DNA of 64,000 nt from positions 117,452-181,451 of the forward strand of contig CAZUHV010000002.1 of assembly GCA_964620965.1 (NCBI GenBank), in the 5' to 3' direction. Position numbers and translations under genes: made by a program. Under the pieces are notes generated by a model. It was not told the origin of the DNA, ran no database searches, and worked only from the letters and a program-made list of their open reading frames with translations. Of this stretch, positions 17,192-26,198 are shown piece by piece. The DNA comes from an uncultured Pseudomonadales bacterium. GTDB taxonomy: Bacteria > Patescibacteriota > Microgenomatia > UBA1400 > PJMF01. Each line of letters begins with the position of its first letter. Within the stretch, counting starts at the first letter, position 1.

Positions 17192-19897
17192 AAAATGAAT
17201 TTCATGTAAATATACACTGATTTCGGTATTTAGATAAAGTAAAAAATTTCCCAAAGAAAGCACTAAAAATGGAATTGCATAGTGTTTTTCATATACAAAA
17301 ACAAATAGTATTGCAGTTACTAATGACAAAAGTAAATTAATTTCCAATGCGCTGTCTAAAAAGTGCTTTAACAAAGATATTACTAACGAAAAATAGGATT
17401 TCTGAGCACTCTCTTTTTCAAGTTTTAATAGAGTACTTTCTTCAACTTCTGGCTTAAGATCAATCGACTGTGGAGCATAACCAGGAGCTACAACAGAAGC
17501 TGTAAGTGCTTCATCTAAGCTTTTTGGTACAAAAACCAATCCGTTTCTATGAACCTGTATCAGACTCTTTATCTGACCAGCAGAATCTTGAACTGTCACA
17601 ACTGCATTTCTCACCAACCGCTCAGTCTGAGTATCAACAAGCTTAATTTTATAATACTGACTTCCACCAACAACTAAGGTCTTCTTTTTACTAAAAATAA
17701 ATCTATGGTGGTGCAAAACAGAATGCAGTAATGTTCTTACCGAAAAATGAGATCGGGTTAAAAATCCAAACAAAGTAAGCGGGGTAGTAATACATAAAGT
17801 TAGCAGTGTAATCAATGTCAGCGTTGCATGAGACTCAGATTCCTTTTTCAAAAAGGTAACAAATAACTCAGTCTTTATTTTTGCTGTTTCAACATGATAT
17901 TCCACAGTTTTAAAGTATGGAAAGTATTCTTTTTCTAAATACAGTTGTGGGTAAAAAGTTGCGTTTGTAGTGTCAAATTCTAGAGATTGAGGGACATACC
18001 CAGTACTTTCAACCTCAATAAAATACTTGCCTTTAGGAAAAATAATGTCAATGCTACCTGCTGAGTTTGTAACATATTTTTCAAAAAAATCATATAATTT
18101 TGTAGTCTCATTATATTTTTTTATGTTCACTTTAGCTCGTTCAATCGGAAGTTTTGAGGCAGAATCATATACAGAAAAAGGTTGTACTACTAACAACTTT
18201 CCTAGACTAATATTTTTTTTGCTTCCAGCAAATGATTCTAAAGTTAGATACACCTGATATTTTCCAGGAATGTGTGGAATGGTCAAAGACCCAGACCAAA
18301 TCCCGTTTTGGATTTGGCTTATCTGAGATCCATACTGTGATTCTCCAAGTACTAAGCCTAAATCAATATCTGTTATTGTTTGTAGATATAAAGTTACCGA
18401 CTTTGTATCAAAACCTTCTAACAGTGGCAAAATAACTTCAAGCTCACTTCCTGCAGGAATGAGTAAATATTCCGGATCACCTAAGGAAGGAGAAAAAATA
18501 GGTTTTCCTTTCGAACTAACTGTAAAAGAAGTAAGTGTTACTGGATATGAGTCACTTGCTGTTAAAAATGCTAGTCGTTCAGAGCTACTTTGAACTCCAT
18601 TTTGAATTGAACTCAATAAGACATGGTATTCTTTATCTGGAAACAAATTATCTAAAACCAAGCTGTGGACCTTCTGTATTTGTAGTGACTCAAACACCTC
18701 TAACTTGGTCCCATCAACTGAGTAAACCGTCGCAGTTAGAGTACCAGGAGTATTCAAAATAACCTGCAACTCAGCAGATGTGCTCTCTACCGCAACTATT
18801 TTGTATGATACATACCCCGAAGATGCAGTTGTAGTAACTGCTGTTTGGCTTGTTGTACTTGCAGCCGGCGAAGAAGTTGGGGTAGGTGTACTCCCAGTAT
18901 TTGAAGTCGAAGATCCAGAAGAGCTTGAAACATACTTATAACTCACTTCACTTGTACTGTCTGTTGTGGTAACTGGATTTGTAATACGACTATTCACTTG
19001 AGCTGTTACTTCAGAGGACCCTGTATATTGAGCTGTAGTTTTTAGTATAAATGAGACTGTTTGGTTTTGAGTATTACCAGGAATTGCTGAAATCGTCCAA
19101 GTAATTGTTCTGTTGGTTAAGTTGATAACCGGCTCTGTATTATTATAAGCATCAGTGGCACTCCCAGCTACGTACTCAAAAAGGTCTACTGATGGAGAAC
19201 CAGCTCCAAAAATCGTCCCTTGTTCCCATTCTGCGACAATCGTTAGAGGTGTTGAAAAATCGTACTCAGTTCCATAAGTGATCACATACTCAATCTGCGT
19301 ATTCTGAGGAATTTGAGTTACTGAATCCTGCGTACTAATAACTGCAGAAAAATCAGAAATAGGAGGCAAAACTTGACCTGTAACAACTATTTGATCGTTT
19401 GAAACTACTGGAACAACTATGTCGACTAGATCAACTTGAGAACCACCTTGCCTTGTTTCTAACTGCCAAATATATTCACTAGAACTTCCTTGAGTACTTG
19501 GGTTGTTAGTTATTCCTCCAGTGATATAAAAACCATACGTTATTCCAACAGATAGATCCCCACTTGGAAACACTACTGTCTGCCCAGATTTTTGAACTGC
19601 TGTTCCAATACCTGGCCATGCAGTAATACCACTTGGTAGACCTGAAGTTGAAACTGTATATGAGCTCGCTACACTTGATATTGTCCATAAATTTGAAATC
19701 GTAACAGCTACTTGATCTTCAGTAACTCCTACACTTGAAACTGTTGCTGTAATCAAAACTGGAAGAGGAACACTTGAAACCTTATTTCTCTCTGGTCGAA
19801 CTGTTGCATTAGAAAAATCTGCCAAAACAGACTGGGGAATAAACAAAAAAAAGACCAACAAAAAGAAAGCTGTGACTCGACAGATAAGTTGTTTCAT
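17177..19897 (-). CDS. large secreted/membrane-anchored multi-Ig protein (pilin-like N-domain, Fn3, carboxypeptidase-regulatory-like domains)
   Basis: Signal VLA-DF; S/T/P linker; LDNLFPDKEYHV (Fn3); PIERAKV...GKYFIEVESTGY and VRNAVVTV...APGY (CarboxypepD_reg-like); TM segments near aa 695-715 and 835-890. Confidence 0.8.
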   Translation of the reverse strand: MKQLICRVTAFFLLVFFLFIPQSVLADFSNATVRPERNKVSSVPLPVLITATVSSVGVTEDQVAVTISNLWTISSVASSYTVSTSGLPSGITAWPGIGTAVQKSGQTVVFPSGDLSVGITYGFYITGGITNNPSTQGSSSEYIWQLETRQGGSQVDLVDIVVPVVSNDQIVVTGQVLPPISDFSAVISTQDSVTQIPQNTQIEYVITYGTEYDFSTPLTIVAEWEQGTIFGAGSPSVDLFEYVAGSATDAYNNTEPVINLTNRTITWTISAIPGNTQNQTVSFILKTTAQYTGSSEVTAQVNSRITNPVTTTDSTSEVSYKYVSSSSGSSTSNTGSTPTPTSSPAASTTSQTAVTTTASSGYVSYKIVAVESTSAELQVILNTPGTLTATVYSVDGTKLEVFESLQIQKVHSLVLDNLFPDKEYHVLLSSIQNGVQSSSERLAFLTASDSYPVTLTSFTVSSKGKPIFSPSLGDPEYLLIPAGSELEVILPLLEGFDTKSVTLYLQTITDIDLGLVLGESQYGSQISQIQNGIWSGSLTIPHIPGKYQVYLTLESFAGSKKNISLGKLLVVQPFSVYDSASKLPIERAKVNIKKYNETTKLYDFFEKYVTNSAGSIDIIFPKGKYFIEVESTGYVPQSLEFDTTNATFYPQLYLEKEYFPYFKTVEYHVETAKIKTELFVTFLKKESESHATLTLITLLTLCITTPLTLFGFLTRSHFSVRTLLHSVLHHHRFIFSKKKTLVVGGSQYYKIKLVDTQTERLVRNAVVTVQDSAGQIKSLIQVHRNGLVFVPKSLDEALTASVVAPGYAPQSIDLKPEVEESTLLKLEKESAQKSYFSLVISLLKHFLDSALEINLLLSLVTAILFVFVYEKHYAIPFLVLSLGNFLLYLNTEISVYLHEIHFSAKK

Positions 19898-19973
19898 ACT
19901 ATATATAATAATGACATATACTTTACTTGCTTGTCATGAGGAAACTATAGTATGATCAGCGATACAGGAATTT

Positions 19974-20684
19974 ATGACTAAAAAGAAACTTTTTGGAACA
20001 GCTGTACTCATTGTTTTATTTGTTGCTATTACTGCAACAGCAGCATATTTTTACTGGCAATATTCTCAAGTAGTAAAAAAGAACTCTACAACAGAAGTCA
20101 CACAATTAGTAACAGAAATTGGGGAAATTATGCTATTACCTAATTCTTTACCAACAGTTGCAACAGTAACAGAAAAAGAAAAACTTGAACCCCAAAGCTT
20201 TTTCAAGAATGCAGAAAATGGAGACAAAGTTCTCCTCTATATTGAAGAAAAAAAGGCCATATTGTACAGGCCGTCTATAAAAAAGATTATTGAAGTCTCA
20301 CCAATTCAATCTGACACTACTGCTCAAAATCAACTTGAACAAACTATTAGTAACACCACAACCGACAGTGCTGCAGAAACAGAGCAAGAAGCTGAACCTG
20401 TGCCAACTATTGTGTTATATAACGGCACAGAAACGCCTGGAATTACTAGTAGTGTCGAAAAATCATTATCCTCACTTCCATTTGAGTTCGAGGTCCTAGA
20501 AAAAGAAAATGCTCAAGAAAATACATATGAAGAAACTAGAGTATTTGATATCAGTGGGAAATACTCTGATAAAGCGGAAGAAATTGCAAAAACATTAAAT
20601 GTAACTGTAGAAACAGAACTGCCAAGTAGTGAAAAAGAACCAAAATCTGATATTCTTATTATTGTTGGAAAAGATAGGTTATAA
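19974..20684 (+). CDS. LytR C-terminal domain protein
   Basis: TM anchor; PTVATV...FFKNAENGDKVL...KAILYRP; C-terminal VLYNGTETPG...NA...DILIIVGKD. Confidence 0.8.
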   Translation: MTKKKLFGTAVLIVLFVAITATAAYFYWQYSQVVKKNSTTEVTQLVTEIGEIMLLPNSLPTVATVTEKEKLEPQSFFKNAENGDKVLLYIEEKKAILYRPSIKKIIEVSPIQSDTTAQNQLEQTISNTTTDSAAETEQEAEPVPTIVLYNGTETPGITSSVEKSLSSLPFEFEVLEKENAQENTYEETRVFDISGKYSDKAEEIAKTLNVTVETELPSSEKEPKSDILIIVGKDRL

Positions 20685-20686
20685 AA

Positions 20687-20715
20687 TTGACTTTTGAGCA
20701 GTTTTGTTGTATAAT
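20687..20715 (+). promoter_or_regulatory. near-consensus sigma70 promoter
   Basis: TTGACT-17 nt-TATAAT. Confidence 0.75.
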
Positions 20716-20789
20716 AATGCTGTTTGATGTCACTAAAATAATACAACTATTTATCACATCAAAGACAAAAAATCCTCCCAAAAAAAATT

Positions 20790-21359
20790 ATGAAACAAAA
20801 CTTTATGTCTGGAATGATGATTGCGGTGCTTCCTTTAGGACTTGCAACACATCAAAATCAAACACTCAGTTCTCAATTACAAATACAGAATCAACAACAA
20901 GTTCGCTGTGAAGCAATCTCTAGTATTGAGTTTCCACAATCCAAAACCCTGTCTATAAGTGAAAAAAAAATTGATTTGGAACTATTTGTAGAGAAACAAG
21001 ATCCAGTAACTCCTCAACCCGTTGTGAAAAAAGCACCTGTAGCAGCTCCAGAGGAGCTAGAACAGTTATTCACTAAATACTCCGCTGAGTATGGTATTTC
21101 AAGTGATGCTTTAAAAGTTATCGCAAACTGTGAATCTCACTATAATCCAAATGCACTTTCTAAAAATGGTTTATATGGTGGTATGTTTCAGTTCTCTGCA
21201 AGTACCTGGAGATCAACTAGAAAAGCGATGGGCTTAGATGAAAATCCTGACCTTCGTTTTAATGCAGAAGAAGCTATTAGAACTACTGCATATACAATCT
21301 CAAAAAACGGAGTTGGGGCTTGGCCTCATTGTGGAAAAAAAGTTGCTATAACAGAGTAA
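20790..21359 (+). CDS. lytic transglycosylase (SLT/Rpf-like lysozyme fold)
   Basis: IANCESHYNPNA (catalytic Glu), YGGMFQFSASTW, GVGAWPHC. Confidence 0.85.
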   Translation: MKQNFMSGMMIAVLPLGLATHQNQTLSSQLQIQNQQQVRCEAISSIEFPQSKTLSISEKKIDLELFVEKQDPVTPQPVVKKAPVAAPEELEQLFTKYSAEYGISSDALKVIANCESHYNPNALSKNGLYGGMFQFSASTWRSTRKAMGLDENPDLRFNAEEAIRTTAYTISKNGVGAWPHCGKKVAITE

Positions 21360-21403
21360 ACATTTTATACTTTACAATTTCTAAACTGTGATACAATCGC
21401 AGT

Positions 21404-21967
21404 ATGAAAACACATAATCCAGAAGTAGAGATCAACCTAGAAAATTTCGAAGAACAATACAGAACTATTACTGCAAGGATTCGACCGTTACTAACCGTTA
21501 GAAATCCACAAAATCTCATAAATGGCATTACTCCTCAGGAACTTGGTCAGTTACACAATATTGCACAATTTGATGCAAAAACTCAGGACTTATTCAATCA
21601 GTTAGTTTCTGGAAAAATAACTAATGAATGGAAAGCGTTTGCTATTTTTACTCGTTTTAAAGATATAAGTCTTAAAAGCTTTCAACAAATGACAGAATCC
21701 CAAAAAATGAAACTTGCCCTAGAAGCTTTAGCTCTAGCTACTGCTGCTAAATATTACCTTGCAAGGTTATATCTTTCAGACAAGAAAAAATACTTTATTA
21801 TGGTTGAATATATGGGTGATATTGTTCCTTCATATTGGACGGAACTTGGTGATGCAGGGGCAAGCTCTCTCCATACCTGCCTCACTACTCCCGCTCAAAG
21901 CAGAACTTCCAAAGATGAATGGATTGTCTCAGCTTTATCTGGAAATAACGTGCGACTGCATATTTAG
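21404..21967 (+). CDS. hypothetical protein
   Basis: 187-aa ORF preceded by an extended -10 (TGaTACAAT) 6 nt before the ATG; no recognisable motif. Confidence 0.6.
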   Translation: MKTHNPEVEINLENFEEQYRTITARIRPLLTVRNPQNLINGITPQELGQLHNIAQFDAKTQDLFNQLVSGKITNEWKAFAIFTRFKDISLKSFQQMTESQKMKLALEALALATAAKYYLARLYLSDKKKYFIMVEYMGDIVPSYWTELGDAGASSLHTCLTTPAQSRTSKDEWIVSALSGNNVRLHI

Positions 21968-23187
21968 GCTAGCTGCTTGTTATTTTTATAAGATTCGGCA
22001 ATTTTGGTATACAACTGAATAATCTCATCCTTTGTTGGATTTGAAGAACAACTTTTAAGTATTCTTCTTGCTAATGGACCTTTTTCTAAAATGGTTTGCA
22101 AAATCTGAGCAAACTCTGAATGTTGCAACCGTAACTGTTTCATAAAAGGGGAGAGTATTATTTGTAATAATTCTTGAGCTCTAACTGGTTGTGTAATACC
22201 AAACTGTTCTAAATACTTTTCATTTGAAATAATCGCAAGTTCACCATCTTTAATAGTAGCAGTAAGTATTTCATACAATTCATCTGTAGGAACAGTTTTT
22301 TGTGCTTCAAATGACATCCATCTTTCCAAAACTAACTCATTTAAAATAAATACTACTGCTGATGAAACCGCGATATCTACATCAGGAGATTCCTGTGCAT
22401 CGATAAGTCTAATCTCTAGTGTATTTCTATCAAATCTTGCTATACAACCTCTAGAATTGAGCTGCTCTGTTTGTAAAATTTTCTCTTTGTCATAAGGAGC
22501 TATATCTGTATACATGCCTTTTAGCATTGCTTGATAAGAAGCAAAATCATAGATTTGTTCAGGAATAATTTTTCCTGTTATAGAAGCAACCTTTTTTTGA
22601 TTTGTTCTATACACTTCTAAACGACTATCTATAAAACCTGTATTTTTTCCTTCCAAAAAAGGAGATGATGCAGCCAACGCAGGAATAAGTGGCAAAACTA
22701 ACCTAATTCCAGCTAATAATCTTGCGAATTCTGCTTCAGTGTTAAAAGGAATGTTTATGTGTACACTTTGCAAGTTTGCAAAACCATGAGTATAACAGTT
22801 AAAAACAGTATGGTATGCAAGATAGTGCTCATGGTATTTTCCTGGCCAAAGTTGGGTTTGTGTTTTTGGATCCATAAATGGATGAGCTCCTGTTGGCAAT
22901 AGCAAGGCTGAAAATCTATCAGCAATTACATTACATTTTTGCATTGCAGTATGAAACTGATCTGCCATTTCTTTTGAAAGCACGCCTGGTTTTGATACCT
23001 TGAATTCAATTACATGATTGACCAATTCATTGGACCAAGTTATTGGTCCATCTACAAACTCAACGCTTGGCTCACCATTTATAGCTTCAAGAATTTTGTC
23101 TGCAACAGAACTTATCTCAAAAGAGTTTTTTGAAACAACTGCTGTTTCTATTTCAATACCAAGTGGAGTTTCGAGCAAATTTTTCAT
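21964..23187 (-). CDS. glutamate-cysteine ligase family 2 (GCS2) carboxylate-amine ligase
   Basis: GIEIE, WSNELVNHVIEFK, PTGAHPFM, HGFANLQSVHIN, ALAASSPF, LNSRGCIARFDRNTLEIRLIDAQE. Confidence 0.88.
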   Translation of the reverse strand: MKNLLETPLGIEIETAVVSKNSFEISSVADKILEAINGEPSVEFVDGPITWSNELVNHVIEFKVSKPGVLSKEMADQFHTAMQKCNVIADRFSALLLPTGAHPFMDPKTQTQLWPGKYHEHYLAYHTVFNCYTHGFANLQSVHINIPFNTEAEFARLLAGIRLVLPLIPALAASSPFLEGKNTGFIDSRLEVYRTNQKKVASITGKIIPEQIYDFASYQAMLKGMYTDIAPYDKEKILQTEQLNSRGCIARFDRNTLEIRLIDAQESPDVDIAVSSAVVFILNELVLERWMSFEAQKTVPTDELYEILTATIKDGELAIISNEKYLEQFGITQPVRAQELLQIILSPFMKQLRLQHSEFAQILQTILEKGPLARRILKSCSSNPTKDEIIQLYTKIAESYKNNKQLA

Positions 23188-23217
23188 AATTCGAGCCTAA
23201 ATTACCCATAAAAAAAT

Positions 23218-24693
23218 TTAAATAATAACACTCTTAATTTGAGTTATTTTATTATATCGTTGTACAAAACTTTCCAAAACAGTTGTATATAGCTCATCTT
23301 TTAAAACCCTATCTTCGGAATTAGAATCTAGATTTGGATTGTCGTTTATTTCGATTACATATACCATGTCATCAACAACTTTTAGATCAACTCCGTACAG
23401 CCCATCTCCAATAAATTTTGTAGCTTTTAATGCCGTTTCAACAACTTTTTTTGGAACCATATATATCGGAAGAGTTTCATACTTTCCCCAATTATTATCT
23501 TCATTTGTCCAGTCGTAAATTTGCCAATGGTCTTTAGCCATATAGTATTTACATGCAAATAATGGCTTACCATCTAAAACTCCAATGCGCCAATCATACT
23601 CTGTTGGCATAAACTTCTGTGCAATCACAACATCTGAATCTTTCAATAATTCAGAAGCTTTAACTAAAAATTCTTCTTTTGAATTAGCCTTTGTGACTCC
23701 CATTGAAAAAGATCCATCGGGCTGTTTTAAAACACAAGGATACTGTATTTCTTGAGATACCTTTTTTAAGTTTTTCTTGTAAATAATATGAGTTTCTGGA
23801 GTTAAAATTTTTTCTTGAGTAAGTATTTCATTAAGATATACCTTATTTGTACACTTCAATATTGAGATTGGATCATCAATAACTACCATACCTTCTGTTT
23901 GTGCAAACCGGGCAAATTTGTAAGTATAGTGATTTACCGCAGTTGTTGCACGAATAAACAAAGCATCATAACTCGAAAGATCTTCATAATCATCTTTCGT
24001 AATAAGCTCTGCCCTAATATTCATCGTATCTGCAATTTTAATAAATTTATCCAAAGCTGCTTGGTCTGAAGGAGGCTCTTTTTCTTGAGGATCAACTAAA
24101 ATTGCAAGATCAATATATGGACGTACAATTTGTCTTTTTGAATGAGCTTTTTTAGAAAAATAGTCTTTTGCAAAATCAATTAAATATTCCATGTGAGACT
24201 CAGGAATTGAGCTAATACTAATCGGAGATAAATTTTGAATTTCCCAAACACCATCATGCTTCACAAAACTCGCTTTTAGTAGTGGAGCCTGAAATAAATC
24301 ATAGAGCTCTTTGCTGAGTTTGTCGTACTGTTTACTTATATTTCTGCTAAAGTAAATACTTAACTCAAACTTATTTGACTTAATATGCTTGAGCGACTGC
24401 TGAAACAAAAGTTCAAGTTCTTCCGATATAGATCTAATAATTGTTTGCGATTTAAAGTCCTGAATCGCAGAGACACTTGGAAACACTTTATGGCCTCTTG
24501 CGTCTGCAAGTAAGGATACGTAATATCCCCATGATTGGTATTTGTACGAAGAACACAAGTTATACACTGTAGCCTTTTGTTGCCCAGAATATTCAGAAGA
24601 AGTTAAGTAATCTCTAGAAGATACAATCTTAATTTTTTCTAAGGAAAGCGGAAATGTCTTTGGATTATCAACAACAATAATAGTTGTGTGCAT
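23218..24693 (-). CDS. RimK-family ATP-grasp ligase with N-terminal RLAN domain
   Basis: VYNLCSSYKYQSWGYYVSLLADARGH (RLAN); DALFIRATTAVNHYTY, CTNKVYL, KQPDGSFSMGV, DWRIGVL, GLYGVDLK, EINDNPN. Confidence 0.9.
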   Translation of the reverse strand: MHTTIIVVDNPKTFPLSLEKIKIVSSRDYLTSSEYSGQQKATVYNLCSSYKYQSWGYYVSLLADARGHKVFPSVSAIQDFKSQTIIRSISEELELLFQQSLKHIKSNKFELSIYFSRNISKQYDKLSKELYDLFQAPLLKASFVKHDGVWEIQNLSPISISSIPESHMEYLIDFAKDYFSKKAHSKRQIVRPYIDLAILVDPQEKEPPSDQAALDKFIKIADTMNIRAELITKDDYEDLSSYDALFIRATTAVNHYTYKFARFAQTEGMVVIDDPISILKCTNKVYLNEILTQEKILTPETHIIYKKNLKKVSQEIQYPCVLKQPDGSFSMGVTKANSKEEFLVKASELLKDSDVVIAQKFMPTEYDWRIGVLDGKPLFACKYYMAKDHWQIYDWTNEDNNWGKYETLPIYMVPKKVVETALKATKFIGDGLYGVDLKVVDDMVYVIEINDNPNLDSNSEDRVLKDELYTTVLESFVQRYNKITQIKSVII

Positions 24694-24770
24694 ACTTTTG
24701 TGATATTAGAAATAGATCATAACATAATTTAAACACAATACTATAGCTAAACTATGCTATCCTTAAAGTT

Positions 24771-25499
24771 GTGAAGAAAATCACTTTTTTTATTTTATCG
24801 GCGGTATTTTTTTTACTTGGTTTTGCTTCTGTTTTTCTTCCTAAAAAACAGTACTGTGCAAACTCAATTTCTTGTATTAAAAACCTTGAAACAGAAGTTG
24901 ATAATACTCAAACAGCAACTTTTTTGGGTCAAGAAATTTCCCCACCAAAAATATACCTCTCAAATGAAGATGCAATGATTCCAAACCAGGTACTTGGCGT
25001 TGAGTCACAAGCAGAACTTGAAACAAATGATATTAAAAAACATATTTATGTAGACCTTAAAAACCAAACACTCTATGCATATGAAGGCAACGAGCTTTAT
25101 TTTCAAACTTTAGTTTCTACGGGAAAGTGGGGAAGAACTCCAACTGGAACTTTCAAAATTTGGATAAAAATTCGTGCACAAAAAATGTCTGGAGGTAGTG
25201 GAAATGATTATTACTATCTACCAAATGTGCCATATATCATGTTCTTCTACAATTCTGAAGTCTCTAAAGATCGCGGATTTAGTCTGCATGGAACATACTG
25301 GCATAATAATTTTGGTCATGCTATGAGTCATGGATGTGTGAACTTAAGAACCATAGATGCAAAAGTTCTCTATGACTGGACAACACCCGCTACTACTGCA
25401 ACAACGACTCGTGCAACTTCAGAAAATCCTGGAACTGAAATTACAATTTGCGATGAATTAGAAATAATTCAAGGGGAAACACCAAAATGCCTAGAATAA
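24771..25499 (+). CDS. L,D-transpeptidase (YkuD family)
   Basis: IYVDLKNQTLYAYE, VSTG, TPTGTF, HGTYWHNNFGHAMSHGCVN (HxxxC catalytic motif). Confidence 0.93.
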   Translation: MKKITFFILSAVFFLLGFASVFLPKKQYCANSISCIKNLETEVDNTQTATFLGQEISPPKIYLSNEDAMIPNQVLGVESQAELETNDIKKHIYVDLKNQTLYAYEGNELYFQTLVSTGKWGRTPTGTFKIWIKIRAQKMSGGSGNDYYYLPNVPYIMFFYNSEVSKDRGFSLHGTYWHNNFGHAMSHGCVNLRTIDAKVLYDWTTPATTATTTRATSENPGTEITICDELEIIQGETPKCLE

Positions 25500-26182
25500 A
25501 AACAGTTTTTCTTTTTTTATTTTTCTTTGTTCTTGTGTTTCTAGGATCGTTTTTTGGAGCAAAGTATCTGCTGAACAAAGAACAAAGCACTCAGATAAGT
25601 GCCTCAGAAACAATGATTCTTGATACTCTAGAGTATGAAACTAACCAAAATACTCAACCAGTCCAAACTCCTCAAATTAGAATCGAATCTCAAACAACTT
25701 CTGCAACTCAAATCGCACCTCAGGGAGAATTTTTACTAACCTTAGATGTAAAAAATCAGAACTATACCGTTTACAAAACAGAAGTTAATCAACTACAGAT
25801 TGTGGATGAAAAAAATTCTGAAATTAAGCCAAAAGAATTTTTATTTTCTGAAAAACTACAAAGTGGGGAAACAATTAGTATCCCATTTAATACTTGGTCT
25901 CCAGATAATAAATACTTCTTTTTGAAAAAATCATCTCTTAACACAACAGACTTTCTTGTATTTAAAGCTACAGGAGAAAGTTTTTCAGAAACACCATACC
26001 TCAATATCACGGAACTTTTTTTGAAAAGAGAATTTCCATATAAAATTAAAGATGTAACAGGCTGGGCATCAAATGCATATGCAGTTGTTCAAACAATAAA
26101 TCCAGAAACAATGCAAAACGGGCCATCTTATTGGTTCAATGTTTATAACGGAGGATTTATTCAACTCTCATCTAGTTTTTAA
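25487..26182 (+). CDS. hypothetical membrane-anchored protein (propeller-like WSPD motif)
   Basis: N-terminal TM; IPFNTWSPDNKYFFL, VTGWAS, GPSYWF; overlaps the LDT stop. Confidence 0.7.
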   Translation: MPRIKTVFLFLFFFVLVFLGSFFGAKYLLNKEQSTQISASETMILDTLEYETNQNTQPVQTPQIRIESQTTSATQIAPQGEFLLTLDVKNQNYTVYKTEVNQLQIVDEKNSEIKPKEFLFSEKLQSGETISIPFNTWSPDNKYFFLKKSSLNTTDFLVFKATGESFSETPYLNITELFLKREFPYKIKDVTGWASNAYAVVQTINPETMQNGPSYWFNVYNGGFIQLSSSF

Positions 26183-26198
26183 AAACACTCACTATTCA

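Noticed and set aside
4201-19897. tRNA-Glu as integration site of the surface-protein locus (genomic island or prophage)
   Set aside because: No integrase, transposase or phage structural genes, and I saw no duplicated tRNA 3' end. The tail-fibre-like repeats are in signal-peptide-bearing cellular proteins.
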